This document shows, piece by piece, positions 37,094 through 50,663 of a stretch of DNA of 64,000 nt. The DNA comes from Octopus vulgaris (taxonomy: Eukaryota): assembly GCA_951406725.2 (NCBI GenBank), contig OX597818.1:3968001-4032000 (forward strand), read 5' to 3'. How positions within the stretch are numbered: the first letter of the stretch is position 1; each line of letters starts with the position of its first letter. The notes under the pieces were generated by a model that made no database searches, had not been told where the DNA came from, and worked only from the letters and a program-made list of their open reading frames with translations. The position numbers were made by a program, and so were the translations under genes.

Positions 37094-40000
37094 TTACCCG
37101 AAAAACTTGCACAAACCTTGCTGGCCATCGAACTGTTCTTCCTGATTTGGTGTGTCGGGGTTGTGCAGAATCTGTGGTGTTCGCTGGAGCTGCCGAGTCT
37201 GTTTGAGGAAAAGAGGGGACTGAATGTAAGTCCTCCTCGATGAAAGCTTTTTTAAACGATCAAGCGAGACCGTATTTCGTTTACCTCCAATATCGAGGAC
37301 GAAATACTTGGGTTCTCTTTTGATGACCTTGTAGGGCCCGGAATATGGTGGTCGAAGTTGAGAGGGTATCCCATCATTCCTCACGAAGACATGAGTCCAT
37401 GTGTTGATCTCTTTTGGGACACGTGAAACGACGTTCTGTTGTCTGGGGCCTGAAGGTGATAACTGCGACATGGATGTCCGTAATCGGTGCACATATTGTT
37501 GTGGGTCAGGGAAGTTTTGTGAAACAGGTTCGATCATCTGCCCAGGTAAGGTGAGTGTTGTGCCATAAACGAGTTCGGCCGGAGTATATCCCAGTTCTTC
37601 CTTAATCGTGGATCGAATTCCATGGAGGATGAGAGGGAGATGTTCCAACCAGTGAGAACTGTCTGGAGCTGCTTTTATAGATGCCTTGAGTTGGCGGTGA
37701 AAGCGTTCGACCATGCCATTTGCTGCAGGGTGCTAAGCTGTAGTGCGGGTGTGTTTACACCCGAGGAGACGAGTCAGCTCGGTGAAAAGGTGGGAATCGA
37801 ACTGACGTCCTCTGTCGGTGGTAATTGTTGCGGGTGTGCCAAAACACGAAACCCATTGTGATATCAGCGTTTTAGCGACCGTTTCTGCTGATATATCAGA
37901 TAAGGGCCAGGCTTCAGGCCATCGCGAGAACCTATCTACGCAAGTTAGCAAATATGAATAGTTCTGCGAAGGTGGCAGGGGTCCAACGATATCAATGTGA
38001 ACGTGCTGAAATCGTGCGTCGGGCTGCGAAAATGAACCGATTGGTGATTTTATGTGCCGGTGGAATTTCGCTTTTCGGCACGCAACACAGCACTTGGTCC
38101 ATTCTCTGATATCCTTGTTGATACTGGTCCACACAAAACGGGTCGATATTAGCTTTTGAGTGGAGCGAATACCAGGATGTGACAGAGAATGTAGAGCGGA
38201 GAAAACTTCTCGACGATATTTCTGTGGTACATAAGGGCGTTGGTAACCAGTGGAAATATCACACCAAATATGGGATGTGGATGATGGTAGCGGAACATGC
38301 TGAAATTTCAGAGATGACGAATTCCGGAGCTTTAAAAGTTCTTCGTCATTCTCCTGGTCAGCTGCTATACGTGCCAGATCAATTGTAGACGTGGTGTGGA
38401 TAGCATTGATCTGCGCACGTGAAAGTGCATCGGCTGCCACGTTGGTCGTCCATTTGATGTGGCGTATATCCGTCGTGTACTGCGATATGAAGTCGAGGTG
38501 GCGGATTTCTCTCGGCGAGTGGCGATCCGGTTTGGTGTTAAATGCATATACTAATAGCTTGTGGTCGGTGTATATGGCAAAATTGGTACCTTCTAGCATA
38601 TGACGGAAATGCTTAACGGCCAGGTATGCCGCTAATAATTCCTGACTGAATGTGCTGTATTTGGTTTCCGCGGGTTTTAACCGCTTAGAAAAGAAAGACA
38701 ACGGTTGCCATATACCGTCAACAAGCTGCTGTAGTACACCTCCAACTCCGGAATCGGATGCATCAACGAGTAAACATCGTGGGGCGTCTGGTTTTGGATA
38801 AACCAACATGGTAGCGCTAGATAACGCTTTTTTCAGGGCAGCGAAAGAAACGAGTTGATCTTCGGTCAGAGCTATATCTGCATTTTTGCAGGTTCGCTGA
38901 CGTAGCAAATCCGTGAGCGGTTGCGCTATTTCAGCGAGGTGGGGCACGAACCGTCGATAGAAATTCGCTAGACCGAGATATTCCCTTAATTTGCGGAGAG
39001 ATGTGGGTGGTGGAAAATCCACGATGGCCTTGACTTTCTCGGGAAGGGGACGAATTCCATTTTTATCGACTATATGGCCGAGAAAATGAAGGAAAGCAAC
39101 TCCGAACAAACATTTAGTAGGGTTGATAACAACACCAAATTGACGTAAGGCGTTCGAATAGCAGGTGAAGGTGTTGGTTATGTTCTTCGTCCGAGTTACT
39201 GGCCACGAGTATGTCGTCTATGTAGGCATAGACGAAAGGCAAACCTCTAGTCACCATGTCGATAAACCTTTGGAATGTCTGTGCCGCGTTTCGTAAACCG
39301 AAAGGCATACGCAAGAATTCAAACATTCCGAAAGGTGTAGTAACTGCTGTCTTTGAGATGTCTGCAGGTTCCACTGGGATTTGGTTGTATGCTCGCACCA
39401 GGTCGATTTTGGAAAAGATGCAAGCTCCATGCAGCGAGCTCGAAAAGTCTTGAAGAAAAGGCACCGGATAGGCATCACTGATAGTGCTTTTATTCAGCGA
39501 TCGATAATCGCCGCAAACCCGCCAATCGGTCGATGATTTTTTTGGGACGCAGTGTATCGGCGAGGACCAGTTGCTGCTGGAAGGGCGGATGATTCCGAGG
39601 TCGAGCATGTGCTGGAATTCCCGCTTGACGGCCTGGAGACGATCAGGTGGTAACCTTCTGGGCCTTGCAGCAACAGGTGGACCGCTGGTTTTGATGTGGT
39701 GGGTAACGTCGTGTTTTATCGGCTGATTATGAAAAACTGGTCGCGCGACATCTGGATATTCATTCAGGATGGAACTGTGACGAGTCGTTGTCGTAAGCAT
39801 TACAGTTGGGCTGACTGTGTCCATTCGAGCGGCTATACCGCGCACAGTAAGCTTGGTGGTGGTGTCGACAAGTCGTCTGTTCTTTATGTCTACCAGGAGA
39901 CCGAAATGATGCAAGAAATCGGCTCCTAAGATAGGGGTCGGCAGTTTAGCGACGATGAATACCCACTGAAATGTTCGGCGTAGTCCTATGTTTAATGTTA

Positions 40001-40229
40001 GGGACTGTTCACCGTAGGTTGGAATGGGTGAATGGTTGACTGCCTGAAGACAGACTGATGTCTCTTTTCTTTTTCCAGAAGTGTTGGAGACTGGGATGAT
40101 GCTGACTTCCGCACCGGTGTCAACCAGGAAACGCGTGCCTGTTACACGATCGCAAACGAAAAACAGGCGACTGTGTGGGTGCGAACCAGGAACTTCCGTC
40201 GCGTTCAATTCCTGGCTGTGCCGTTTCCC
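37094..40229 (-). pseudogene. Gypsy pol (protease, RT, RNase H, integrase) with a frameshift near 39140, an in-frame TAG at 37733 and a C-terminal frameshift
   Basis: FLVDTGA, RVCGDYR, KIDL, MPFGL, YIDD, VDASD, TDH, HHCC zinc finger, HIDIVGP, TDRGRQF, NGMVER, GPYKV. Confidence 0.93.
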
Positions 40230-41080
40230 GAACTGGGTGAGGAAAACGAGCACGGTACCGTACATTTTTGTGCCCGTGTTCCGAATGTTCGGTGGTACCA
40301 ACACGTGTCATGTGAGTTGCGGGTAGCACTGGGGCTTCGGGACCGTCTGCCATCTCGTCGAGATCGGCTGGTGCTTCGACGCTGGGGACTAAACTTTAGG
40401 GCTTGTATTTGGGCTGTGAGGATTTGTATTTGCGCAGCTTGCTGCGTCATTAATGCACACAAATCCGAAATCTCGGAAGAACTGGTTTGTGCACGGAAAG
40501 GATTGGTACTGGGAGCGGCTGGCGTCACTGTCGATACCGTTGGATATTTGTGCGGTACTTCGGCTATTTTGTCAGCTAGCTCCGCCAGTTCTTCAAGGGA
40601 TGTGTTTTCTCTGGTAGACGCGAGAACAACCTGGGTATTGGAGGGCAGACGCTGGAGAAAAAGTTGCTTGAAAATTTTTTCTGGGAGCGTCTCATCTCCG
40701 AGAAGCTGTTTCATTCTCCGAAGAAGCTGGGACGGCGTTTTGTCACCCAATTCTTCCGATATCAGAAGCTGGTGAAGTCTTTTTTGTTGGGATTCTGAGG
40801 TTCTGTTTATTAACGTGGTTTTAAAAACTTCATATGAAACAGAACCGGGTGGTGCCATGATAAGGTCACGTATTACGTTCGTTATTTCTGGTGACAGAGA
40901 ACCGATAACGTGAGAAAGTCGAGCCGCATCGCTCAATATTCTGTGAGAGGCAAACTGTGCCTCTATATGGTGAAACCACAATGTCGGGTCGTGGGTCCAG
41001 AATGGTGGAATTTTTAACGAGATCGCCGCTTGGAATGCCATGTCGATGTTGGCCGCTGGATTTTGTTCCGGGAGATTCAT
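40205..41080 (-). CDS. Gypsy gag (291 aa)
   Basis: Intact ATG-to-stop ORF with KIPPFW...WF...[24 protein letters not shown] and a CWYHRTFG...C...C knuckle. Confidence 0.92.
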   Translation of the reverse strand: MNLPEQNPAANIDMAFQAAISLKIPPFWTHDPTLWFHHIEAQFASHRILSDAARLSHVIGSLSPEITNVIRDLIMAPPGSVSYEVFKTTLINRTSESQQKRLHQLLISEELGDKTPSQLLRRMKQLLGDETLPEKIFKQLFLQRLPSNTQVVLASTRENTSLEELAELADKIAEVPHKYPTVSTVTPAAPSTNPFRAQTSSSEISDLCALMTQQAAQIQILTAQIQALKFSPQRRSTSRSRRDGRRSRSPSATRNSHDTCWYHRTFGTRAQKCTVPCSFSSPSSGNGTARN

Positions 41081-41185
41081 TGTTTTCGTCGGTATTTTCA
41101 GTTGCTTCGTTGCTGGTGATGTGCAAACTGTAATTCTTCGACGCGGTTGATGAAGCTGGTTCCGGGGAAGGCGCGATTCGTTTTA

Positions 41186-41196
41186 CGGGGTCACCA
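41186..41196 (-). promoter_or_regulatory. Primer-binding site complementary to tRNA-Trp
   Basis: TGGTGACCCCG starts 2 nt after the 5' LTR and matches the conserved metazoan tRNA-Trp 3' end ...CGGGGUCACCA. Confidence 0.8.
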
Positions 41197-41198
41197 AA

Positions 41199-44100
41199 TG
41201 TAGTGGATGCGTGGATGTATTAATAAATACATAAGTTGTTTTGTAATAAATTAAAGATTTATTTTCACTACATCAATTTGTAAGCAATGTGTAACGTCAG
41301 TGTGAATATCTTCTCTGGACCTTTTGGGGGTGCGAGAAGCAATCACTTTCCGTTGCTTTAATATCCAGATTCTCTACCAGTCAGAAACAACAAGACGCAG
41401 ACGTAAAATATATATATCTACTTTATTCTCTTATGACAGTAACAAATAAGTGGTATATCTGGGTATCCCTTTGGTATAGATGTATCAGAGCTGAACGTTA
41501 TCGCTGTAGAATTTACAAAGTTCAAATGCTAACGACACTGGTCAAAGATGGCGTCCAGAACAGGGAGATGATGTTGTCTGCAACAATTTGGTTAAAGCCT
41601 TCGGCCGACTGCTATCAAAAATGGACAGCGAGAAAATATACGTCCGTTGCCTTCGGTCGCTTTGTCTCAAGTCAGTGACTGCTGCTGGACGCTAGTGGTC
41701 AACGTCCTACGATCCCCCTGCCTCGGCTAACTGCCACGTAGGCAAATGGTCCTACTTCCGGTGCTTCGCGCATGCGCGAGAGGGCCCCTCCTCTCTGCCT
41801 TGGTGAAAGCACCAACACCGCACGCGCGAAATAGAAATGGACGGTGCGCGTGCGCGCACCGTTATATAGGATCACTACAGAGCTCCGCCCCAGTGCGAAG
41901 CACGACACAAAATTCCCTGTAGTGACTATAAAACTCAAGGTGGATACCAGATAACCAAATAGCACACAATATAATAAAAATGGCAAAATTTACAACATAC
42001 ACAAGAAATTTACCAAAGGGGAAAAAAGAGAAAAAATACTCAAAATGAGCAAAATCAAAGTGCATGCGTGAAGGTGGATACGTCACAAAGTATAGAGCCT
42101 TCCACTGTAGGGAAGCAAAACTCACAGTTAATGAACCTAGGCGAAATTAAATCCAACTCCTCTAAAGGTGGTTGATCCTGCGAAATAGCAGTTAAATCAA
42201 TTGCTGCAGGAGAGGAAATGGAACCGACAGATAGATCGCCAGTAAGACAAAAGGCGACAGTGCAAGCATGCTGGTGTGATGCGCGACACAGATAATTTTC
42301 TCTGTTAATTACGTGACCAACAGGGGTCTAACAGGGAAAAATTTACGCCTATACATGGCGCAGCGCATGTGAACATCCGACATCTATGAGTCGGGAAAAT
42401 AATTAGGCTAACGCAAAACGTGTTGCAAAAACAAGGCAAGTACACGTGCGGAGCAAAGGCGCATGAAATGCAATAGGGCTTGCCAGACCGAAAAAACAGC
42501 AATGAATATGCCAGTGGTTGAGCGATTATATGCCTCGTTCGTACAGGACCAAAAGTATGGCATGCCGGCGCGTTATAATGGACAAACAACCCTCTCTATG
42601 TATACGTGACCCCTAGGGTCTATAGAAATGAGGTGTGTCCACAAAAGGCAAATTTAGCATGGAAAAAACAAGCGAGTAAAGCATGTGTGACGTATGTATG
42701 TGAGAGAGATAGCATTTATGTGTGTGTACGTGTGTGCAACAAAAATACAACAAGGTGAATGCGAGCAAAAATAAAAATACAGCGCATAGAAAAAGTCTCT
42801 CAGGGCTATTTCAGACAATGGAGTTAATTTACCAGTCTCTAATAGCCTGATGCACAATAGCAGTTCGTTTTGTAACAGAATGTTGAAATCACAAATGCAG
42901 ATGCCGATTGAACACATATCGTGTACCGGTTGTAGCTTCGATGCTGTGACAGGTTAACTGGAACAGAAGAATCTCGCAGATAGTGCTGGGCTGTTAATTC
43001 CTTGGTGTGCCATGCACAAACAGCAAGTGGGCTAAACTTCCGCGAGTTGCTATTTACATCTTGTTGTGTCGACGGTGTTGAAGGCGACTGGTGGTGGAGG
43101 CGACTGTGGTGTGGACTTGAGACAACATTGTTCTTAGTGGTGATGGCGACGAAGATAACGACGACGTGAAGTTCTAAGACGACGATGATGATGACGAAGG
43201 CAGAGAAAAAGCATCGATGATATGATGGCGTCCGTCATTATGTTGAAGAATAAAAAAGGCTCCTTCTATAACTGTCCGAGGGGACCGGAAACAAATCGTC
43301 GAAAGATGATGACTGCGTAGAGTTAAATCGTGTTCCGACCTGGCAGAAAAACTGGATTTCTTTGTTGTTAAGTGATCTCTGGTTTTAGACCAGAATCACG
43401 TCGGGGTCACCAGTGTAACGTCAGTGTGAATATCTTCTCTGGACCTTTTGGGGGTGCGAGAAGCAATCACTTTCCCTTGCTTTAATATCCAGATTCTCTA
43501 CCAGTCAGAAACAACAAGACGCAGACGTAAAATATATATATCTACTTTATTCTCTTATGACAGTAACAAATAAGTGGTATATCTGGGTATCCCTTTGGTA
43601 TAGATGTGTCAGAGCTGAACGTTATCGCTGTAGAATTTACAAAGTTCAAATGCTAACGACACTGGTCAAAGATGGCGTCCGGAACAGGGAGATGATGTTG
43701 TCTGCAACAATTTGGTTAAAGCCTTCGGCCGACTGCTATCAAAAATGGACAGCGAGAAAATATACGCCCGTTGCCTTCGGTCGCTTTGTCTCAAGTCAAT
43801 GACTGCTGCTGGACGCTAGTGGTCAACGTCCTACGATCCCCCTGCCTCGGCTAACTGCCACGTAGACAAATGGTCCTACTTCCGGTGCTTCGCGCATGCG
43901 CGAGAGGGCCCCTCCTCTCTGCCTTGGTGAAGGCACCAACACCGCACGCGCGAAATAGAAATGGACGGTGCGCGTACCGTTATATAGGATCACTACAAAT
44001 GCTACACATCGCTTGTACAAAATGCATATTAAATAATGCTTGCAAATAATACATATTAAAGAATGCATAATACATGGTACATATTAAAGAAGAATATGTT

Positions 44101-44488
44101 TGATGGTGTGTGTGTGTGTGAGTAAATCAAGCAGGACAATCACCTTTATGAATATTCTCTCGTCGTCTCCATAAATGCGTGGCGTTCTCTTAAGCGTTGG
44201 TTCTGGTTCTCTGCAGATACCTATTTCTCCGTTCTATTTATAAAATCTCAAATAGCCAGAAAAATAGATATATCGCAAGAGAGTTATCGTTAAAGTAGGT
44301 CGCTGGTCGTTCCGTCAAACTTCGCCTGACCTGCTCAGGTCAGAGGTCGAAGGGAGACGATCCATCATTTTTTGTCAGAACAAAGAGATTCTGATTTGGC
44401 GCCTTTTTGTGCATTGGTATTTGCCGACCAATGATTCTTGGATTTGATTTCGAATCCAAGCTTAGAGAAGGAAGTGCTAATTCTTACA
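41199..44488 (-). repeat. Gypsy 5' LTR (41199-41289 plus 44002-44488) split by a nested insertion
   Basis: The sequence AGCAATG|CTACACATCG of the 3' LTR is interrupted here. This copy also carries ~42 bp (about 44417-44459) that is absent from the 3' LTR. Confidence 0.93.
41290..43997 (-). mobile_element. Non-autonomous LTR retroelement (LARD/TRIM-like) with TSD AATG
   Basis: LTRs at 41290-41879 and 43414-43997 (TGTAAC...ACTACA) are nearly identical. PBS at 43394-43412 equals AATCACGTCGGGGTCACCA. The 1.5-kb interior has no long ORF. AATG at 41286-89 and 43998-44001. Confidence 0.92.
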
Positions 44489-44529
44489 CATATATATACA
44501 TACATGTATATATATACATATATATATAC

Positions 44530-44569
<40 letters not shown>

Positions 44570-44575
44570 ACATAC

Positions 44576-44628
<53 letters not shown>

Positions 44629-45864
44629 TATATATGTATGTATATAATACAAATAAGAAAATGGAGAAACAAATTTGGTTTTTTCATCAACTTTTGGACA
44701 TTAGGATGTTGGATTATTTATTCATTAAACAAAATGAGAACCTCAATAGCGTACATATATATCTTATAATTCAATACATATAAGATAAGAATACAAATTA
44801 TATGAATCATAATATAAATTATTGAAATCATTAAAATCACTTCTTACAGCTGTTTTAGCCTATGGCTAAAAGTAATTTTAATTTTTATTGCCTATAGTTG
44901 TCAACATAATGAGGTTGTAGGCATTTAAAAGTAGGATACTTATATATATAACCACATGCGTCATCAGAGGTTATAAGGAACTTTAAAAATATTAATATTA
45001 ATACATGAAACATGATACACGTATTATTTAATAAAAAATAATACGTGTATAAAAAATATGAACAAATATCCATATAGACACACACACAGTCTCCCTCTCT
45101 CACTAGACAATGATAAAAAAGAAATGCAGACAATTTTTTGAAAAGTGACACTTTGCCTCCCTTGGAGTTACAAAAGAGACCAACAAAACAATTTTTTCTT
45201 CTTTTTCTTTAACACTTCAGATACAAACACACACATGCTTTCTCTCACATTCTCCCCATTCATCACCCTCTTGTACAATCTCATATCCCTCCCCACCACT
45301 ACACACTCAATAAAACTATAAAAATGGTCAAATTTTCCCCAAGAACTTACTTCAATTTGAAAACTCCACCAGAATGGACGAAAGCACTAATATATGATAT
45401 ATGATGTATAAAAACATGTAATATACAAATAAATATCTGTAAATATAAAAACCATCCGAATTTCTGAGTACCTCATTTCTTCTAATATAAAATACCTGTA
45501 CATCATCTCCAAACCTTCTAATATATATATAAACTGAGAATGTGTGGCTGTCTGTATGTATGCATTACTGAAACTTGAAAACTGCTCAACCAATTTCATT
45601 CCTATTTTACATATGCCTTACTTAGGGTCCATGCAGTGCCATGGCCCAAAAAAATTTCAAATTCTTGCCTAATGTGGACCGGGAGCAAACTCTTATTTCT
45701 TACACTATTTCAGTATTTACGTGTCAAAAGTTAAACAATAACAGCACTATTGTAATGTGAGATAATACTTTCAGTTTCAATAGTTTCACTATTAATACTT
45801 TCAATATAGACACTGAAAATATTAACTCACATATATACCTCTCTATATATATGTGTATATATTC

Positions 45865-47065
45865 TTTTTATTTCTCGTATTGTATTTTCCTGTACATGTA
45901 TTTTTATCTTGTATTTTATTTTGTAGTTTTATTTGTATCGTTTTTACGTCCTGTTTATGATACATTTTTTTCTTGCTTGTTTTTACCCCTCTGCGAGGCA
46001 ATTTGATTTGAATTCTCTCGCAGGAAGGATTAGTTTAGCGAGTCGTGTCCTGTCTTGCCTTCGAAACACGCTGGAGCCGAACTAGTGACAGCTGATGATA
46101 GGGGATTTTTCCTTGTGTAGTATGTCCTGTACTTGTTTTTTCTGTTGTAAAAAAATAGTTTTTCCGTTTTCGTTGAGTTCTACGTCTAGTTGTGGTGTAC
46201 TGTACTCACGTGTATATATATTTATATATGCATGTATATATACATGTTGATGTAGGTACGTACATATATATTTTATTTATTACACTATCGTTTGACAGCG
46301 CCTTCGCGTCGGGTTCGATTCGATTCGTTCCGTTTCTTATTCTCCTAGTACTGTTTTATATATAATTATGATGCGAAATTCTTTCTCTCTTTGCTTTACC
46401 TTCCCCTCTCTCTCAGCCGCTTGTCTTCCTCTATCTCTCACTCCTCCTCATCTTTGCCACTGCTAGCCAAAACTACTTCCTTTTACACACGGCTTTCAAA
46501 CTATAAAGACACACATTTGTGTTCTCATGCGCTGCTAGAATCTCCTTCGTCTCAGCCAGAAAAAAGGCCTTTTCGTTTGTTTTCTTGTTTATTTTTATTT
46601 CTCATATTGTATTTTCCTGTACATGTATTTTTATCTTGTAGTTTTATTTGTATCGTTTTTACGTCCTGTTTGTGATACATTTTTTTCTTGCTTGTTTTTA
46701 CTCCTCTGCGAGGCAATTTTATTTTAATTCTCTCGCAGGAAGGATTAGTTTAGCGAGTTGTGTCCTGTCTTGCCTTCGAAACACGCTGGAGCCGAACTAG
46801 TGACAGCTGATGATAGGGGATTTTTCCTTGTGTAGTATGTCCTGTACTTGTTTTTACTGTTGTAAAAAAATAGTTTTTCCGTGTTCGTTTCCCGTTGAGT
46901 TCTACGTCTCTGTTTTTCTGTTGTAAAAAAAAATGGTTTTTCCGTTTTTCGTTGAGTTCTACGTCTAGTTGTGGTGTCCTGTACTCACGTGTATATATAT
47001 GCATGTAGATGTAGGTACGTACATATATGTATGTATGTATGAATATATTTTATTTATTACACTAT
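45865..47065. repeat. Direct duplication of a ~430-bp unit (45865-46290 and 46590-47065), probably a PLE-type partial tandem
   Basis: Long near-identical blocks, for example GCCTTCGAAACACGCTGGAGCCGAACTAGTGACAGCTGATGATAGGGG. Confidence 0.8.
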
Positions 47066-47559
47066 ATATATATATCGTGAAGTATACTTTCCACTTAAAT
47101 GTGGCTAACCCCTAAGGGTGGATGCTACTGTAGCTTGTAGCCCCAGGAGGTCACCTCCTCCAGCTGGCTATTGACACACTTTGTGCCCTATCAGTATTTG
47201 CAAAGGGAAGCCATCCTTCCCTATAATGTCACATAGTTGAGTGTGTGCATATATGAATATAAATACGTTACATTTTATAGGACTTTCTATTTTTGTTAAC
47301 ATGTCTGTGCTTTGAGCTTGTTACTTACATCCTTTCTGATGAGATTGGTGTATTGCTGACCATAATTTATCCGGTCAGCCAGTAAGCCATGCACCTTCAC
47401 ACACACATATATAGGCATACCTTACCCTATGTCGTTAATTGGAGACACGAGTCAAATTAACTTGTCAATAATAATCATTCCCAGTTCTGTACTTTATTTA
47501 TGGATGCATTTTCAATAATACTTATTTTATGCATATAAACAGATAATTTTCATTTTTAA

Positions 47560-49580
47560 ATACTGTACAGTAAAAAAAAAAAGTAATCTAAATTTACAAA
47601 TACAATTTGGCGGTGTTTACCATATAGTGCGGACTCTTTATTTATGAATGCGGTTTGTATTAAGACATGGTAAAATAAGAGCCTTTTTAAAGCTTAAAAA
47701 ACAAATTCAGTAATTATCATTTTGCAATAGTAAAAAAAACATTAACTATTTTAAATTGACCCATATATATCTACAATTTGGTCGTTTACATTAGGAATAT
47801 AGATGGCTGTGGATCATCAACATCAATAGTTGACTGTTTTTGTTGTTCGACACGCTTAAAAAACTGGTTGAGAGTTCCTGGAACTGTCTTCTTTTCCTCA
47901 AGGATTACCTTCTAAGGGGCAAAACATCATAGAAAGACCTTTTTCAATACTTGCTGCATTTTCTTAATGGTCAAGTGACATGGCTCAGGTTTGACTTCCT
48001 CTTCATTTTGCTGCTTGTGAAGCTCTATCAAATCCTCATTTGTCAGGGGCTGGTTGTCTTTTTCAAATAAATCTGTAAAATCATCCTCCTCAAAATTCAT
48101 TTCCAGTTCTTTGCTCAGTCACCAGTGTTTTGTTGATAGCGACATTGTCAAACCCCTTAAAATCATTCATGAATTGTGGACATAGCTTCTTCCATACACC
48201 ATTCAGAGCTGTGCTCTGTACATCATTCCATGCCACTGCTATGTTATGCACAGCCTTGTAGATATTGTATCTCTTCCAAAAGTCACAATGTGTGATGGAT
48301 TCAAAATCAGTTGCAGCTATTGCTTGCTGCAGTGTATGCTTCACATAGTAATGCTTGAAGATAGCAATTATTCCCTGATCCATTGGCTGCAGGAGAGTTG
48401 TGTTCAGAGGGAGGTATACAATGGTAACATTGGGGTCAAAATATATGATGTTTTGCAGGTAGCCAGGAGCATTATCTAAGATAAGTAAAACCTTAGAATG
48501 AAATCCTCTTCTCCTTACAGTACTTCTCTGCTGCTGGAATAAAATGATTGAAAAACTAATCTTCAAAAAAACAATAGTAACCCATGCTTTTGAATTAGTC
48601 ATTCACATAACAGGGAAAGATGCCTTGGATATGTTCTTCAATAATGGGGTTTGTGTGCATGATGCACAAGCTTTAACTTTTAAAAATCTGTTTGGAAAGA
48701 AACCAGTTTTCTTCGATGATTTTCTTTAATGCTTTAGGAAATTCCACTGCTGCTTGTTCATCAGCTGACCCACCTTCACCTTGCTTTTTAATGGAGTGAT
48801 AACTTCTTTGCTCCTTAAATCTCATGAACCATCCTTGGCTTGCCTTGAATTCTACATCTTTCTCATCCAGATATTTTTTCTTCAGGTCCTCAAAGACGAC
48901 GCTTTCTCTTGAATGATTTCTTGACTAATAGTAGCACACTGACAATTCAACCTAACAATCCTGAAAAAGAAGACTTGCCATTTCTCCAAAGATTTTGCCA
49001 CTTTTCTTATTGATGACAGTGTTCTTCATTCCTTTGATATATGCTAAACTCTCGTCCTTATGTACAATTATCGATGCAGTTGTCCAACTCATCCCAAAAG
49101 AGCATGCAATTGCTACCATTTTTTCACAGCCAGTTTATCTTTCAGCATTATAGCATGATGCTTAGCACTTTCACTATGAATTTTCTTAGGAGCCATGGGC
49201 CAAAAAAAAGTCACAAATGAATGAGAAAGTAACTGATAAACAGATGTAAACAATTCTGAATTCAAAACAATCGTGGGGATCATTAGTGACAAGGCCTAAT
49301 GGTAGATATTGGAACTACACTACAATATGATCTCCAACACAGCTGATTTCATTCACTAAGCTACACTACTTTATGGTGTGTATTTACTGTATATATTTTA
49401 ATATGATTTTATGCTATTCTTATTTATTGTACAGTAACGCGATTCTGTGCTTTTAACTGTTTTCTAGCGATTTTATGATTCCAATATTTGTAGCAGACAG
49501 AGTCAAGTAGAATGACTTGACTTGATTTTTATTTTTGAAAACCCACGTAAATCAAAACGATTAAAGCCGAGGTATGCTTG
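47560..49580 (-). mobile_element. Decayed Tigger/pogo DNA transposon
   Basis: FKASQGWFMRFK (CENP-B-type HTH) and LILDNAPG...YLPLNTT.LQPMDQGII (DDE_1). GAGGTATGCTTG at 49569-80 resembles a Tigger TIR. The left end is uncertain. Confidence 0.85.
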
Positions 49581-49639
49581 CATACCTAATACATAGAATA
49601 TAGATATACAATATATATATACACACTATATATAATTAA

Positions 49640-49858
49640 CCCTTTAGTGTTCAGATTATTCTATCAAACATAATGCTTATTGATTCACATTGATTTGAAT
49701 TAATCATGCATTATCCCATATCTTCAAGATCTTGATGGTGTAATTATTTAATGTAGAATAACATTGTAGGGTAGGTGTGAGAGCCTGGATCTGGTCAGTT
49801 TGAACATAAAACAGATTAACTATTTTGGCCGGATATGGCCGGTTTAAATACTAAAGGG
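49640..49858. mobile_element. piggyBac-type MITE
   Basis: TTAA|CCCTTTAGTGTT ... AATACTAAAGGG|TTAA. Confidence 0.85.
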
Positions 49859-50624
49859 TTAAATATATACATACATATAAATTATATACTATATATATAC
49901 ACATACCATACTATAATATATATATATATATATATACATATTCTTTTATTTGTTCTAGTCATTTGACTGCAGCCATGCTACGGCACAGCCTTTATTCAAA
50001 TAATCTGACGCCAAGACTTATTCTTTGTAAGCCAAGTACTTATTCTAATAAAAGAATTAAGCATCCTCACTATATAAGACTGGCTCCTTTCTTCTGTAGG
50101 TTCCAAAAAATGAGGGTAGTGATTGAAAGGTAGGTCCAGTGAGATTGTGGAGATGCTGAAGCAGAAATGAATGGATGTGTTGTGTGTGCATAAGGTAGTA
50201 AACAGCAGTTGAAACTTTTCTGGGTGAGAAAAGGATAGATAAAATAAGAGGTAGTTAAAGTGTGTGATAGAATAATTAAGACTAATTACAGGTAACTGGG
50301 AACTTCAATGACCAGAGCTCTAGCCACATTTTTTGGTTAAGTCCGTGCAAAGACAGTCTGATATATCATCATAATTTAACAGGTTGATAGGGTAGTTAAA
50401 GCCAAGGGAAGGCTTGTAAAAACTGGAAGGATGGAGGTAATATGGAATACTACATAACTATTAGGGCATCTGGTGTGCCTGGCTGAAGGTGAGGCAGAAA
50501 AGAAAACCTGGGTGAGAGAAATTCCCATTTCATTTCCTCACACTTGAATCATAGACATACCACAATATAAAGACGCTAAAACCTTAATCTTACCTGTAAA
50601 CCTAGATTAATACCCACTTGATTT

Positions 50625-50663
<39 letters not shown>

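Larger units (their letters stand above)
35957..44488 (-). mobile_element. Full-length Ty3/Gypsy LTR retrotransposon with 4-bp TSD CATA
   Basis: Matching LTRs (TGTAAG...ACTACA on minus), PBS, PPT and gag-pro-RT-RH-IN order. CATA at 35953-56 and 44489-92. Confidence 0.95.

Noticed and set aside
42305-42589. 94-aa Cys/His-containing ORF in the nested LTR element
   Set aside because: It is short, has no ATG start and shows no proper zinc-knuckle spacing.
43394-43412. tRNA-Trp sequence
   Set aside because: Only the 3' 19 nt including CCA are present, next to an LTR. It is a primer-binding site, not a tRNA gene.
46055-46115. GAAAC...CTGATGA boxes suggesting a type II hammerhead (also 46770-46830)
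   Set aside because: I could not form convincing stems I and III or a correctly placed NUH site.
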